The position numbers and the translations under genes were made by a program. A DNA stretch of 64,000 nt from Malacoraja senta (Eukaryota): contig CM075988.1 in the NCBI GenBank assembly GCA_038087875.1, positions 24,554,001 through 24,618,000 on the forward strand. Direction: 5' to 3'. The notes beneath the pieces are model-generated. The model made no database searches. It was not told the DNA's origin and saw only the letters and a program-made list of their open reading frames with translations. This document shows positions 35,991-48,402 of the stretch, piece after piece. The number at the start of each line of letters is the position of its first letter. Positions within the stretch are counted from its first letter, which is position 1.

Positions 35991-36024
35991 GTCTGAAGAA
36001 GGGTTTCGGCCCGAAACGTTGCCT
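35991..36024 (+). ncRNA. Minimal hammerhead-ribozyme-like motif in the Penelope 3' terminus
   Basis: CUGAAGA-A-GGGU(UUCG)GCCC-GAAA-CGUU: hammerhead core boxes, stem II with UUCG loop, palindromic ACGU stem III; helix I weak. Confidence 0.65.
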
Positions 36025-36139
36025 ATTTCCTTCGCTCCATAGATGCTGCTGCACCCGCTGAGTTTCTCCAGCATTTTTGTGTACCTGCTAAAAGGTCAAG
36101 ATTGAACCAGGATCCCTGGAGCTGTGAGGCACTAACCTA

Positions 36140-36500
36140 GCACTAACTTACCGAATAGTGAAAAACCTGGTTCGAGTGGATGTGGAGAGGATGTTTCCAC
36201 TGTTGGGAGAGTCATACCTTCAGAATTAAAGGACGTTCCTTTAGGAAGGAGATAAGAAGGGATTTCTTTAGTCAGAGAGTGGTGAATCTGTGGAATTCAT
36301 TGCCATAAAAGACTGTGGAGGCCAGATCAATGGATATTTTTAAGGCAGTGAGATATATTCCTGATTAGTATGGGTGTCAGGGATTATGGGGAGAAGACAG
36401 GAGAATGGGGTTAAGAGGGAAAGATAGATCAGCTGATTGAATGGTGGAGTAGACGTGATGGGCTGAATGGCCTAATTCTTCACCTATCACTAATGAACTT
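36140..36500 (+). mobile_element. CR1-clade LINE 3' region
   Basis: cagagagtggtgaatctgtggaattc (RVVNLWNS), gggctgaatggcct tail. Confidence 0.8.
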
Positions 36501-37579
36501 ATGAACTGCAGCACAAAACTGTGTCGCACTATTTGTATTTGGGTGGGGGAGAGCTTGGAAGTAGAAGTCAGGCAGCAACCCACACAAATGAGCTGTGAAA
36601 GGGAGCCTCTCCACTGTGGAAAATCACAGTTATCAAGTGGTAGGCCTTAACCTGTGTGCAGAGTCAGGTACTGAGCATCACTGACTGTACAGGAGTGTGT
36701 TCCCTCGCAGCTTGCTAACACAATAAGTGAGAAGGACAAAAGGAGGAAGAGAGACACAAGGAACAGCAGGCTGGAATCTTGCGTAGAACACAAAGTGCTA
36801 AGTAACTTAACAACATCTCTGGCGGACAACGATCAGTTTTATGTCCGGACCCCTCTTCAGCCTGATCAGTCCTGACCAAAAATGCCACCAATCCATATCC
36901 TCCTGCCTGCTCCGCTGAGTTGATCCAGCACTTGTTCCACGTGAAAAGCAGGAAGACATGTTGAAGACATCAGGAGCTCATGCTGGTAATTATCCCAATA
37001 AATACTAATTTGACAACTAAATCGTCATTCTGCTGTTTTTTTGAGGCACCGAATAAAAGCAAGACATGAGCAGTGAGAAATGTGTAATTAATACGTTGTT
37101 AGTTTTATGCACAATTAGACATTAAAAACTGCTTAATGTTTAATTCTTAGCTATTAGCATAAGAGCAAGGTAGCATCTGTCTAACCACTTGGAACAATAT
37201 CGTTTGAAATTAGAAAGCTATTTTGAAGGAGTCCTGGAAGGAGGAGGACCAACGGTTTCTGAGATCAATGGTCCCAACCTGTACCGCCATCTGTCCATTT
37301 TCTTCCATAGAATCTGGCTGGCCCGCGGAGTTTCTTCAGCAATTTGGTCTTTGCTCAAGATTCCAGCTTCCGCTGTTCCTTGTGAGATCTCTGCACTGTT
37401 TCTGAGATCTATGCACTGCTCCAAATGTGGCCAAGCATGTTCCTGCTATTATCATTCCATGTTGGACAGCCAAGCCTTCAAATATGACCGCCATGAGTGA
37501 GAGGGGGAACAATGGGGGATCTGGTGTGGAAGAACCGCCGTGGGGTGAGGTGGGGGGGGAATGGGGAGAACAAACGGGG

Positions 37580-38080
37580 TCCCGGCTGGGACTCTCTGGA
37601 ATTTAGGATGAGAGGGGATCTTACAAGATACAAGATACATTTATTTGTCACATGTGCCGGTTGGCACAGTGAAATGTGTGTTCACCATTATTGAGACATA
37701 TTATTGATCTTATTGAAACATATAAGATTATTAAGGGTTTGGACACGCTAGAGGCTGGAAATATGTTGCCGATGTTGGGGGAGTCCAGAACCAGGGGCGG
37801 GTAAGCCATTTAGAGCGGAGATGAGGAAATACTTTTTCACACAGCGTTGTGAGTCTGTGGAATTCTCTGCCTCAGAAGGCAGTGCAGGCCAGTTCGCTGG
37901 ACGCTTTCAAGAGAGAATTAGATAGAGCTCTTAAAGATAACGGAGTCAAGGGATATGGGGAGAAGGCAGGAACGGGGTACTGATTGTGGATGATCAGCCA
38001 TGATCACGTTGAATGGCGGTGCTGGCTCGAAGGGCCGAATGGCCTACTCCTGCACCTATTGTTTATTGTCTATTGTCTAC
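37580..38080 (+). mobile_element. CR1-clade LINE 3' region (interrupted)
   Basis: RMRGDL..ETYKII, VVSLWNSLPQ, ctattgt tail. Confidence 0.85.
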
Positions 38081-38681
38081 TGTGGGTGTGCAAGCAAAGA
38101 ATCTCACTGTGATTCTTTCAATCATTCATTGACATCTGTCTACACTCATGATCAGTGACAATTTTACAAGTATGTTTCAACTTTTTTTTTACTCAATGGA
38201 ATGTCGAACGGTGCTGGCTCGAAGGGCCGAATGGCCTACTCCTGCACCTATTGTCTATTGTCAAGCCTTTAATATTTTCTCCTGTGTTCCTTCCAACCAT
38301 CGATAAACAATTACATGTTCTGCCAGATCACTTTGGAGCTGATGCTGGCTAAAGGTCTGAAGAGGGGTCCTGACCTGAAACATCATCCATCCTTTTTCTC
38401 CAGACATGCTGCCGGACCCACTGAGTTACTCCAGCATTTTGTGTCCATCTTTGGTATAAACCTGCATCTGCAGAGGACAGCGGCTTAAGGTGATGGGGAA
38501 AAGATTTAATAGAAATCTGAGGGGTAACTTTTTCACACAAAGGGTAGTAGGTGTATGGAACGAGCTGCCAGAGGAGGTAGTTGAGGCAGGGACCATCCCA
38601 ACCTTTAAGACAGGTACATGGATAGGATAGGTTTAGAGGGATATGGACCAAGTGCGGGCATGTGGGACTAGTGTAGCTGGG

Positions 38682-39050
38682 AGACACAAAATGCTGGAGT
38701 AACTCATCGGGTAAGGCAGCATCTCTGGAGAGAAGGAATGGGCGACGTTTCGGGTCGAGACCCTTCTTCAGACTGATGTCGGGGGAGGGGGCGGGACAAG
38801 ATAGAATGTAGGCGGAGACAGTAAGACTGGTGGGAGAACTGGGAAGGGGAAGGGGATGGAGAGAGAAAGCAAGGGCTATCTAAAGTTTCGAAAGTCAATG
38901 TTCATACCGCTAGGGTGTAAACTACCCAAGCGAAATAAGAGGTGCTGTTCCTCCAATTTGCGCTGGGCCTCACTCTGACAATGGAGGAGGCCCAGGACAG
39001 AAAGGTCAGATTGGGAATGGGAGTGGGAATTGAAGTGCTGAGTCACCGGG
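38682..39050 (-). mobile_element. Penelope-like 3' end (GIY-YIG C-terminus + UTR + hammerhead-like motif)
   Basis: QHFNSHSHSQSDLSVLGLLHCQSEAQRKLEEQHLLFRLGSL. Confidence 0.88.
38741..38773 (-). ncRNA. Minimal hammerhead-like motif with GUC triplet
   Basis: Minus: GU CUGAAGA A GGGU(CUCG)ACCC GAAA CGUC GCC. Confidence 0.65.
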
Positions 39051-39362
39051 AATCCAGAACCAGTGGCCACAGTTTAAGAATAAGGGGTAAGCCATTTAGA
39101 ACGGAGATGAGGAAACACTTTTTCTCACAGAGAGTGGTGAGTCTGTGGAATTCTCTGCCTCAGAGGGCGGTGGAGGCGGGTTCTCTGGATGCTTTCAAGA
39201 GAGAGCTAGATAGGGCTCTTAAAAATAGTGGAGTCAGGGGATACGGGGAGAAGGCAGGAACGGGGTACTGATTGGGGATGATCAGCCATGATCACATTGA
39301 ATGACGGTGCTGGCTCAAAGGGCCGAATAGCCTACTCCTGCACCTATTGTCTATTGTCTATT
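39051..39362 (+). mobile_element. CR1-clade LINE 3' end, young
   Basis: GHSLRIRGKPFRTEMRKHFFSQRVVSLWNSLPQ. Confidence 0.9.
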
Positions 39363-40287
39363 ATGTAGGTTAAGACAAGTGTAGCTGGGACATGTTGGCC
39401 GGTGCGGGCAACTCTGGCTGAAGGGCCTATTTCCACGCTGCATCACACAATGCCACTATGACTCGATCTACAGTTCATTATTTCTACACTTGCTAAAGGT
39501 CCTATTGCCTCATCCCAAGAAACCTGCAATGTGTGGAACCATTTACTGAATTAGAATCCTACATATTATACAGCACAGAAACCAGCCCTTTTCTCCATTG
39601 AGTTTACACCCAATTACACTAATCCCACAGTGGTCTCCCTATATTTTCCCATTCACCTAACACTAAGGGCATAATTGGCCAATTAACCTCCCAACACTGG
39701 GAAGTGAGAGAACACTGAGTCCTTGGAGGAAGTTCATACTGTCATGGGGAAAGCATGCCAATACCAGATAGTCAGGGTTGAACCCAAGTCGACAGTGTTA
39801 TCAAGCAACAGGTCTACTTGCTACATCACTGCATTGTCAATTGTAGAGTATATCTGATCCATGAAGAAGCTGATCAGACATGGAATAGACCAAAACCAGG
39901 GGTTGAAACTAAAATTGTGTAAAACATAAACACCAACCTGGTTGTTAATGAAACTGCATCAGTGTAGTTTGGGGGTCATTAGTAGAATGGCACAGAGGTA
40001 GGTGGCGGGTCATGGGTGGCGTGTTGTCGGCTTAGTAATGGGGGTCCCAAGTGGAATTTAAAAGATAATAATGATGGGGTCACGAGTAGATTGTCACAGG
40101 GAAGCGGGCCATGATCACAAATGAGTTGTCTGCGGATAAAACGCCTAGCCGTTCCTTTGCTCCCCCAGACTTGAACATTCTCATGCTCTTTCAGCTGGCC
40201 TCCCTTCGTCTACTCTTTGCAACTCTATCTTCCAAAATGCAACGACTCATGTCTGGCATGCTGCCATTCATGCATCCGACCTGTGCT

Positions 40288-40412
40288 GGAAAGAACTGCA
40301 GATGCTGGGTTTAAATCGAAGGTAGACACAAAATGCTGGAGTAACTCAGCAGGACAGGCAGCGTCTCTGGAGAGAAGGAATGGTGACATTTTGGGTCGAG
40401 ACCCTTCTTCCT
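40288..40412 (-). mobile_element. Penelope-derived short insert
   Basis: TSD acctgtgct at 40279-40287 and 40413-40421. Confidence 0.8.
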
Positions 40413-40914
40413 ACCTGTGCTTGTTGACTAGCACTTGCTGCCATTAAAGGTGCTGTATAAAAGCAAGCTGTTGCTGAGTAATACAATGGAGTATTGGAAG
40501 AATTCCTGATGTAGTTGTTAATATTGGCCAAATTAAAAACGCCATAAAATGGAGGATCCCTGCAATTGTCCAAATTGCTTAACCCTTGTCAGCTGGACTT
40601 TACAGGCTTTGAATGGCGCCAGCCAGTCTAGGCTCAGACTGGTATGCAGGATGATGAGGGCTCCAGGTGTTCTCCTTGTTTCTCCTAAATTGATAAAAAT
40701 GTATAGCAGTTTTGGAAACAAACCCTAAATGCATCATTTCAATTGGATCGCTGCAAAAGCATTGTAAACAGTATAAATAATGTTGCAAGACGGTCATCCT
40801 GTTAATCGATGATTGGACGAAATGTTGAGCCTTGGAGAAACTGTTTGAATCTCAGGGCACATGTTTCAATGTTTATTCTTGTTTGCTTCCTTCTAGAACT
40901 TTATTTCAAATACA

Positions 40915-41528
40915 TTGTATTGGTTACTGTATTATTGGGGTTGGGGAAATGTCTATCATAAACTGTGTTAATCGATATCTGTTATTGGACTGTAAAGAGA
41001 CCACCCCCATGTGGTTCGGCCCCTCAAGGTTCGGGGATCTATAAAAGGCCACTCCCACGAGGTCCTGTGTCGATCTTCTGGGAGAATGCTTAGGACTGCG
41101 TTACCTTCTGGAGTGTCTCTGCTTGAGCGAGGCTAAAGAGGGCTTGATCAGGCAGATATGAGGATCGAACCTGAGGTGGTTAGGTATAATAGTGGAACTG
41201 TAATTGTGTTTTGTCAAAATAAAGTTTAGATTTCTCTGCCACAGAAGGTAGTTGAGGTCAGTTCATTGGCTATATTTAAGAGGGAGTTAGATGTGGCCCT
41301 TGTGGCTAATGGGATCAGGGGCTATGGAGAGAAGGCAGGTACAGGATACTGTTGGATGATCAGCCATGATCATACTGAATGGCGGTGCAGGCTCGAAGGG
41401 CCGAATGGCCTACTCCTGCACCTATTTTCTATGTTTCTATGTTTCTAGATGCGCAAGTGCTTGACTCAGTGATTTATAACTGAAACTAGACTGGGGGGAA
41501 GCTTAGGACGAGCTATTGAAGTGTTACA
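40915..41528 (+). mobile_element. Possible solo LTR interrupted by a CR1 tail (41230-41447)
   Basis: TATA-like ctataaaagg (~41039), aataaa (~41218), 3' end gtgttaca; 5' boundary and TSD not resolved. Confidence 0.45.
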
Positions 41529-42734
41529 GAGATGTTTATGCCTTCATTAGTAGAGAGTCAGATGGGTTACTGACTGGATGAGTGTCATGTAGCGTAGTGA
41601 TATAAGATAAGAGACAAGACTGCAGCCAGAGCAAAAAGTGTAAACAATACCAGGGTAAAGTCTCTCTCTTCAGATTATGACCTTGTTGGCCAGTCTTTGA
41701 GCTCTCTTGTTTGTGAGTTTACTGTCTGTGGACCTATGGGTCATATTGTGTGCTCAATGATCAGACTGCTCAATCCCTGAGCACGACCTATGATCCCGTC
41801 AAAGTTTGTGCTTTGTGGTGAGATGGCAGTCTTTTCCGTCTGTGTCCCCCTTCGTCAGTCCGCTGGTGAATTCATTGTTCAACTGTGTGCCTGATGGCGT
41901 CTGCCTGCCAGATCCCAGGTCATTATTGGAGCTCGGTGGTCAAAATGAGTTTGCTGATCTGACCGTGAGCTCAGTAGAAGACGCAAAATGCTGGAGTAAC
42001 TCAGCGGGTCAGGCAGCATCTTTGGGGAAAAGGAATGGGCGGCGTTTTGGATCGAGACCCTTCTTCAGACTGAGTTCAGTCGCCTCCATCTAAGTGTTGT
42101 AGCCAGGCTGATTGTGAGGTGACGGGTCTGTGCTCACTGGTCTGTGAGTTTGCTGTAATTCCGAGCTGCTGTATTAGAACCATTTCACTGACAGATTTGT
42201 CCTGATGTCTATCCGCAGTACTCCATGATTGGCAGTTTTGCAGTTCAGGAAGGCAATGCCAGGCAGTAGTTTACTGATGAAATGATCTTATCTAAAAGCT
42301 GTTTGTCAGATCCCCTGAGGCAGTGGAAACGCATTAAGGATCAAACAGAACATCAATGCCCCATGGATAGTTTCATATCACAGTGGAATTTTAAATTATT
42401 GACAAACTGCTCTGTTTTGTGTTCATGTAAAATTTGATATCGGCTGAGGTCAAAGTATATTAAAGGCACTTTGCTGTGGAGCTGGTTAACAGGCCTGAGA
42501 CTCGTAATGTCTGGGAGTGTTTGCTTCCATTTTAGTTGTTGTTTCTGGTGCCCTTGGGCCTTGAGGATGAGGCTATTCCAGAATCTGACAATTAAACAAA
42601 GGAAAACTCTACCCGGGGCTGTTTAGAATCACAATCTGTTTCAAACCAGGTTCGTACATCATCCCGAGGGAGAATAAGAAAGAGAAATAAAGGCACAAAG
42701 ATCTGGAGAGATACAGAGAGATAAGGGAGATAAA

Positions 42735-42818
42735 AGTTTCGGCCTGAAACGTTGCGTATTTCCTTCGCTCCATAGATGCTGCCTCACCCGCTGAGTTTCT
42801 CCAGCATTTTTGTCTACC
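42735..42818 (+). mobile_element. Penelope-derived short insert
   Basis: TSD taagggagataaa at 42722-42734 and 42819-42831. Confidence 0.82.
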
Positions 42819-43829
42819 TAAGGGAGATAAAGAACGGGGAAGAGAAAGGACGAACAAGAGGAAGAGAGAGAAAGAAAGAAAATGAAGAAACAGACTTGGA
42901 TCATTCAACCTTTCAAATCTTGGCATCAGTGACATATAGATCATTGAATGACTGATTGGGTTCTTCTTGTGACTGTGCAATGGCTTGCAGAGGTGGAATA
43001 GTCGTCTTCTCTTCCAATGAAATAGGCTCCAAGTGCTGGATGGTCCATTGAGATAGGTTTGAGAGGCCAAATCGTCCACTCTTGATCCTGTCGCATGCAT
43101 GATGAATTGCTCGGCCTGCTTTAGTTTCTCCAAAAGGACTTGCGGGGAAGATTGGAACCTGGCTGTTTCCCAGCCTCACAAATGTGTGAAATGTAAATTT
43201 CACCGTGGGGTATATTTACATCCTCTGCAGCACGTCACAATGCTAGTCAAGTGTAACCCAGCATGATAAACACTACGTTCCCTTGTTAATATAAACTTCC
43301 AAATGAACAAAAGTCCTTTTATTATGGGTGAGTGAACCCAAGATGGTTCTTCCTGTAGGTGATCCATCACTCACACTGCTTCAGATACCAATTATATAAT
43401 CCTGTTTCGCAATAATCAATCTTTTACATGCTGGGTACACTGTTTTACTAATTTCTTTATTTCTCAATAAATATTAAGAATTACAGCATGGCTCAGTGAC
43501 AAAACTACTTGAATCGCTGCCTAATAGCACCAGGGACCTGGGCCCAATGCTGGCTTCAGCTGCAGTCTGTGTGGAGTTTGCATGTTCTCACTGTGAGCAT
43601 GTGGATTTCCTCTCAGTGGTCCACTTTCATCCCACATCCAGAGATGTTCAGGTGGGTGAAAAATGATATGCCTGGACACTTGCTGGAAGTTCAAGGGAAT
43701 AAGAGCACAGCAGCTGCAGCAACAGGACATCTCATCTACCTGCCTCCCAACTTAAAGTATGCAAAGGAAATGGGGGATCAACAGGGTGGGAAGGAACCGC
43801 AGCTTTAAACCAAAGATAGACACAAAATG

Positions 43830-44260
43830 AAAAGACTAGGCTTGTATTCACTGGAGTTTAGAAGGATGAGAGGGTATCTTATAGAAACATATAAAATTAT
43901 AAAAGGACTGGACAAGCTAGATGCAGGAAAAATGTTCCCAATGTTGGCGAGTCAAGAACCAGGGGCCACAGTCTTAGAATAAAGGGGAGGTCATTTAAGA
44001 CTGAGGTGAGAAAAAACATTTTCGCCCAGAGTTGTAATTTATGGAATTCCCTGCCACAGAGGGCAGTGGAGGCCAAGTCACTGGATGGATTTAAGAGAGA
44101 GTTAGATAGAGCTCTAGGGGCTAGTGGAGTCAAGGGATATGGGGAGATGGCAGGCACGGGTTATTGATAGGGAACGATCAGCCATGATCACTATGAATGG
44201 CGGTGCTGGCTCGAAGGGCCGAATGGCCTCCTCCTGCACCTATTTTCTATGTCTATGTCT
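43830..44260 (+). mobile_element. CR1-clade LINE 3' region, nested in a minus-strand Penelope short element (43787-44347)
   Basis: RLGLYSLEFRRMRGYLIETYKIIKGLDKLDAGKMFP. Confidence 0.88.
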
Positions 44261-45676
44261 AAAATGCTGGAGTAACTCAGAGGGACAGGCAACACCTCTG
44301 GAAAGAAGGAATGGGTATTGTTTTGGGTCGAGACCCTTCTTCAGACTCGGGAACAGCAGAGCAGGAAGAGGGGGAATTAAAGTCAAGTTCAGGAAGCAAC
44401 ATAAGAGGGAATTAAAGGTTGGAGTCAGAACAAGAAAATATGGAAAAAGATCAACATTTTGACAATTCAGGATATAAAATTGTTCTGCATAGGATTGTTT
44501 TTTCAGTGCCAATCTGTTTCTATTTTTATTTGCAAATTAAACATTTTTAATTAAAAATGCATGATGGTATATGATGACTGAGTTGGAAGTATGGAGAATA
44601 ACTGGTGACATTAGCCTTGTTTCAATGCAATTTGATGCCACTTTAACAAATTAGATGATGATCATCTGTATTAGTCTGGGCAGATTGTGCCTTAAGTGCA
44701 AGACCTTGGCTCTGCTATTTCATTTCTGAATGGCTTCCCAGCCACAACTCTGCCAACCCCGCCCAAAATCTTCCATGTCTCATTGTAATCATCTTTCCTT
44801 CTTCTGCACTGCAATGAATATTTGCTAAACTTGCTCAACCTCTTCCCTGAGGACGAAGTTGGATCACACTGACCCCTAATTATAACCCTTCTGGAGGTAG
44901 TCATACATACATTGTAACATCCTCACTTTTATATTATTTGCCTCCCTTATAAAGACCAATACCTTGTATGAGTCACAGAGAGATACAGTACAGAAACAGA
45001 CCCTTCTGTCCACTGAGTCTGCACCTACCATCAACTAATTCTATGTTGATGCTTTTTTAAATTCTCCTCACACTCATCAAATGTCCATCTCATCTGCACA
45101 CCAGGGGTAATTTAGAGTGGCCAATTAAACTACCAACTCGCACCTGGGAAGAAACTGGAATACCTGGAGGAAAGTCACAAGGCCATAGAGAAAAACTTCA
45201 CACAGACAATAGCTACGGTCAGAATTGAACTTGGGTCACTGGTATCCATTGTGCTGCCCATTTTTTACAAATCACAAACTCAAAGGTTTTCTTGCTGTTA
45301 TTGGTCATGCACACACTGGCCAGCCTACTGCTGCTGGTGTCTGCCTTTTCTGACTAGTGGATGGAGAAATGTCATAATTAGTGTCTTGCAAAGTATCTGG
45401 GTGATGTGTCTTTGGTCTGAACCTATTCATCAAGGGCACGACGTGCAAAATTTATTTCGCCGTTCAGGCAATGTTAACCCTAATTCCATTATGGAGTGAG
45501 TAAGATTTTTGACTGTTGGGTATGATTCTGATTGATGAACACAATTATTCAGTGAGTGTTAGTGTAAAATATGGATCATTGTGCGGCTATGTGTGAAGTT
45601 TCTGAGAGGCTGGTTTTGACTCTCTTAAGGTGATTGAGGTCATTAAGCTTCATGTTGCACCGTGTTTAACGTCATT

Positions 45677-45889
45677 GACAATAGACAATGGGTGCAGGAG
45701 TAGGCCATTTGGCCCATCGAGCCAGCACCCCCATTCAATGTGATCATGGCTGATCATCCCCAATCAGTACCCCGTTCCTGCCTTCTCCCCATATCCCCTG
45801 ACTCCGCTATTTTTAAGAGCCCTATCTAGCTCTCTCTTGAAAGCATCCAGAGAACCTGCCTCCACCGCCCTCTGAGGCAGAGAATTCCA
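45677..45889 (-). mobile_element. CR1-clade LINE 3' end
   Basis: Family match. Confidence 0.85.
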
Positions 45890-47349
45890 TTGGAGCACAC
45901 CCCTGAGACTGATTTATAGTGCAACCATTTTACCACCCGACTATGGAGATAGAGGGCTTCTTGGGCCTCTATGTGTGCAAACACGTTCTTCTCCTCTCCA
46001 CAATAGCATCCAGAACAGTGTGGTGACTGCTTTATTTCACCCTCTGCCATTACTTGTTCCAGTTGACCAAAACCTTTGGAATGATTTCCATTACCTGCTG
46101 CAGACAGTGAAACAATTCAGTCACAATCTTCAATCACCTTGAACTATTTTCAAATGCTGCCAACAACTAATGAAATTGGATCCCATGGATATTTGTTAAG
46201 GGAATAGAGTATGGTTAGCATTGCATGAATGATGAAATGAATATTGTGCATGTCTTTACCTCGTCAAATGGGTCCAGATTAATTGCACATCACAACCCCA
46301 GCATACATTTTTCGGTACAATCCATTTTGGCCTTCTGACATTTAAAAAGTCTTCAAAAAGAATTTAAAACCTTAAGGAATAAGATTCAAGATTCTGAACT
46401 GATTCATTTCTGGGCTGGAGAGATAAATTGGCATTGCATTAACAGTGCTCACATCATTTAAAGACTACTTAAACTGTTAGTTGCTAGACATAACACTTGC
46501 AGCCCATTGTTTATAACATGGGGAGGCTGAGGGTGAGATGGTGTTCATACGAAGCAATTGGCAGAGTGGTATAAATCAGACAATCAGTTCTGAACAACCC
46601 GTGGTGAATTTCTTCTCAATTTGGGAGCTATTTTGAACAGTAATGCAGATGTGCTCTTTAACACACCATTATCATTACAGCAATATACAATCCTTATTGC
46701 TGAATTTTAGGAAATAAAATTCTCTTTGATGGTCCATGTTTCAGCTCGGAGATAATGAATCTTTTGGATCAAATGGTTTTTTTTTGAGATATCAGTAATG
46801 ATTCATTTTGCCTCGTGGAAACATCAAATGAGTTTAAAGACTTGTTAAACATACCCAAGCTGTTGTTTATACAGACAGTCATCTCCTGATCAGGACCGCT
46901 ACCAACTTCCAAACTGAAAGAGAAATTCAGCGCTGGTATTGATCTTTCTACGAGTAAACTGCACAACTTTCACTCATCCCTCAAAGTTACCAAATATGCA
47001 ATTTCTCAAAGCCAGATCACAATCCCAGATTTAAAAAAAATTCTCAAAGATCTACCTCTATCTTTTGCTTAAGTAAGCAACAACGGCATAAGAGCCTACA
47101 GGTATCACACTTGGAAGAGGGCAACAACTAAGTGTGGAGTTAATAGAGAATGTAAATCTCTATTGTGTGTGGTGCAGATAGCAGGCGGTGGAGATGTCAC
47201 ATGTGATAGTGTGCTCAAAACATTCAACCTGTCAGAGCTAACTGACCTGGATATGGAACGTGGAAATCCTTTGGAAAGTGAATGATATCACAGGGTTCTA
47301 AGGTAGGGTATAGAACAGAGCAACAAGGTCACAGGATAACGTGATATGA

Positions 47350-47479
47350 CTGAAGAAGGGTCTCGACCCGAAAGGTCGCCCATTCCTTCGCTCCAGAAAT
47401 ATTGCCTGTCCCGCTGAGTTACTCCAGCTTTTTGTGTCTATCTTCAGTTTAAACCAGCATCTGCAGTTCCTTCCTACAC
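47350..47479 (+). mobile_element. Penelope-derived short insert
   Basis: TSD ataa(c/g)gtgatatgactga at 47336-47353 and 47480-47497, overlapping the CTGA of the core. Confidence 0.82.
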
Positions 47480-48092
47480 ATAAGGTGATATGACTGACTG
47501 CCACTAGTAGAGCCGTAGGCACATAGGATGCTGGAGTCTACTAGAGCAATGATCAAAGGAAGAGGTCTCTAATGAGGACATTGTTAAAAACCTGGAAGGG
47601 ACCTTCTAAACCAGCACCTTCAGAGATTTCTGAAGCTTTGTGCACCCAAGAGGAGAGGAAAGATTGGGATACACATTGTCAAGCTAAAAATACTGGCAAA
47701 AAGATGCGATTTCCAAATCATTTAGTGTGCTGACAGAATTCAGGTGAAACTATTTGATACGTTGATACTTTTGAGGGAGTCTGCAGTCTAGAGATATCGC
47801 TTATAAGAGGGCAGTTTCACAAAGGGCACAAGTCCAAGGTGCAGGATGGTATCAACTCCATAGAAATGGGAATGGCAGCAAGATCTTAGCCGTTATTATT
47901 GAATTACTGAGTAACCCGACTTGAGTACAGATCAAGTTGGATGAGATAAGGGAGAATGGCTTTGATAGATAGATAGATTCTTTTATTGTCATTTAGACCT
48001 TTCGGTCTGAACGAGACTTTGTGGCATGGAAAGAGTTCAGAAACTCCAAAGGACCTATGAAAGTTGTGAGAGAAACCAAAACTCACTTTTTT

Positions 48093-48402
48093 AGTTTTGT
48101 TTAGTTTAGTTTAGAGATACATCGCGGAAATAGGCCCTCCGGCCCACCGAGTCCGCGCCGACCAAAGATTCCCGCACACTAACACTATCCTACACGCATT
48201 TGGGACAATTTACAATTTTCACCAAACTAATTAACCTACAAACCTGTACGTCTTTGAAAATTGGGAGGAAACAGGAGCACCCGGAGAAGACCCATGCAGG
48301 TCTCAGGCAGAACGAGCAAACTCCTTACATACAGCACCCATAGTCAGGATCAAACCCGGGTCTGTAAGGCAGCAACTCTACCGCTGTGCCACCATGCTGC
48401 CC
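48093..48402 (-). mobile_element. HE1-like SINE
   Basis: Family match. Confidence 0.88.

Larger units (their letters stand above)
34761..36084 (+). mobile_element. 5'-truncated Penelope-like retroelement inserted in an old HE1-like SINE
   Basis: 15-bp TSD ctgctaaaaggtcaa at 34746-34760 and 36085-36099; RT and GIY-YIG coding; hammerhead-like motif in the 3' end. Confidence 0.93.

Noticed and set aside
42913..43203. 96-aa ORF in unique sequence (and overlapping 42609-43133)
   Set aside because: No recognisable homology or convincing splice signals; the longer one runs through a repeat
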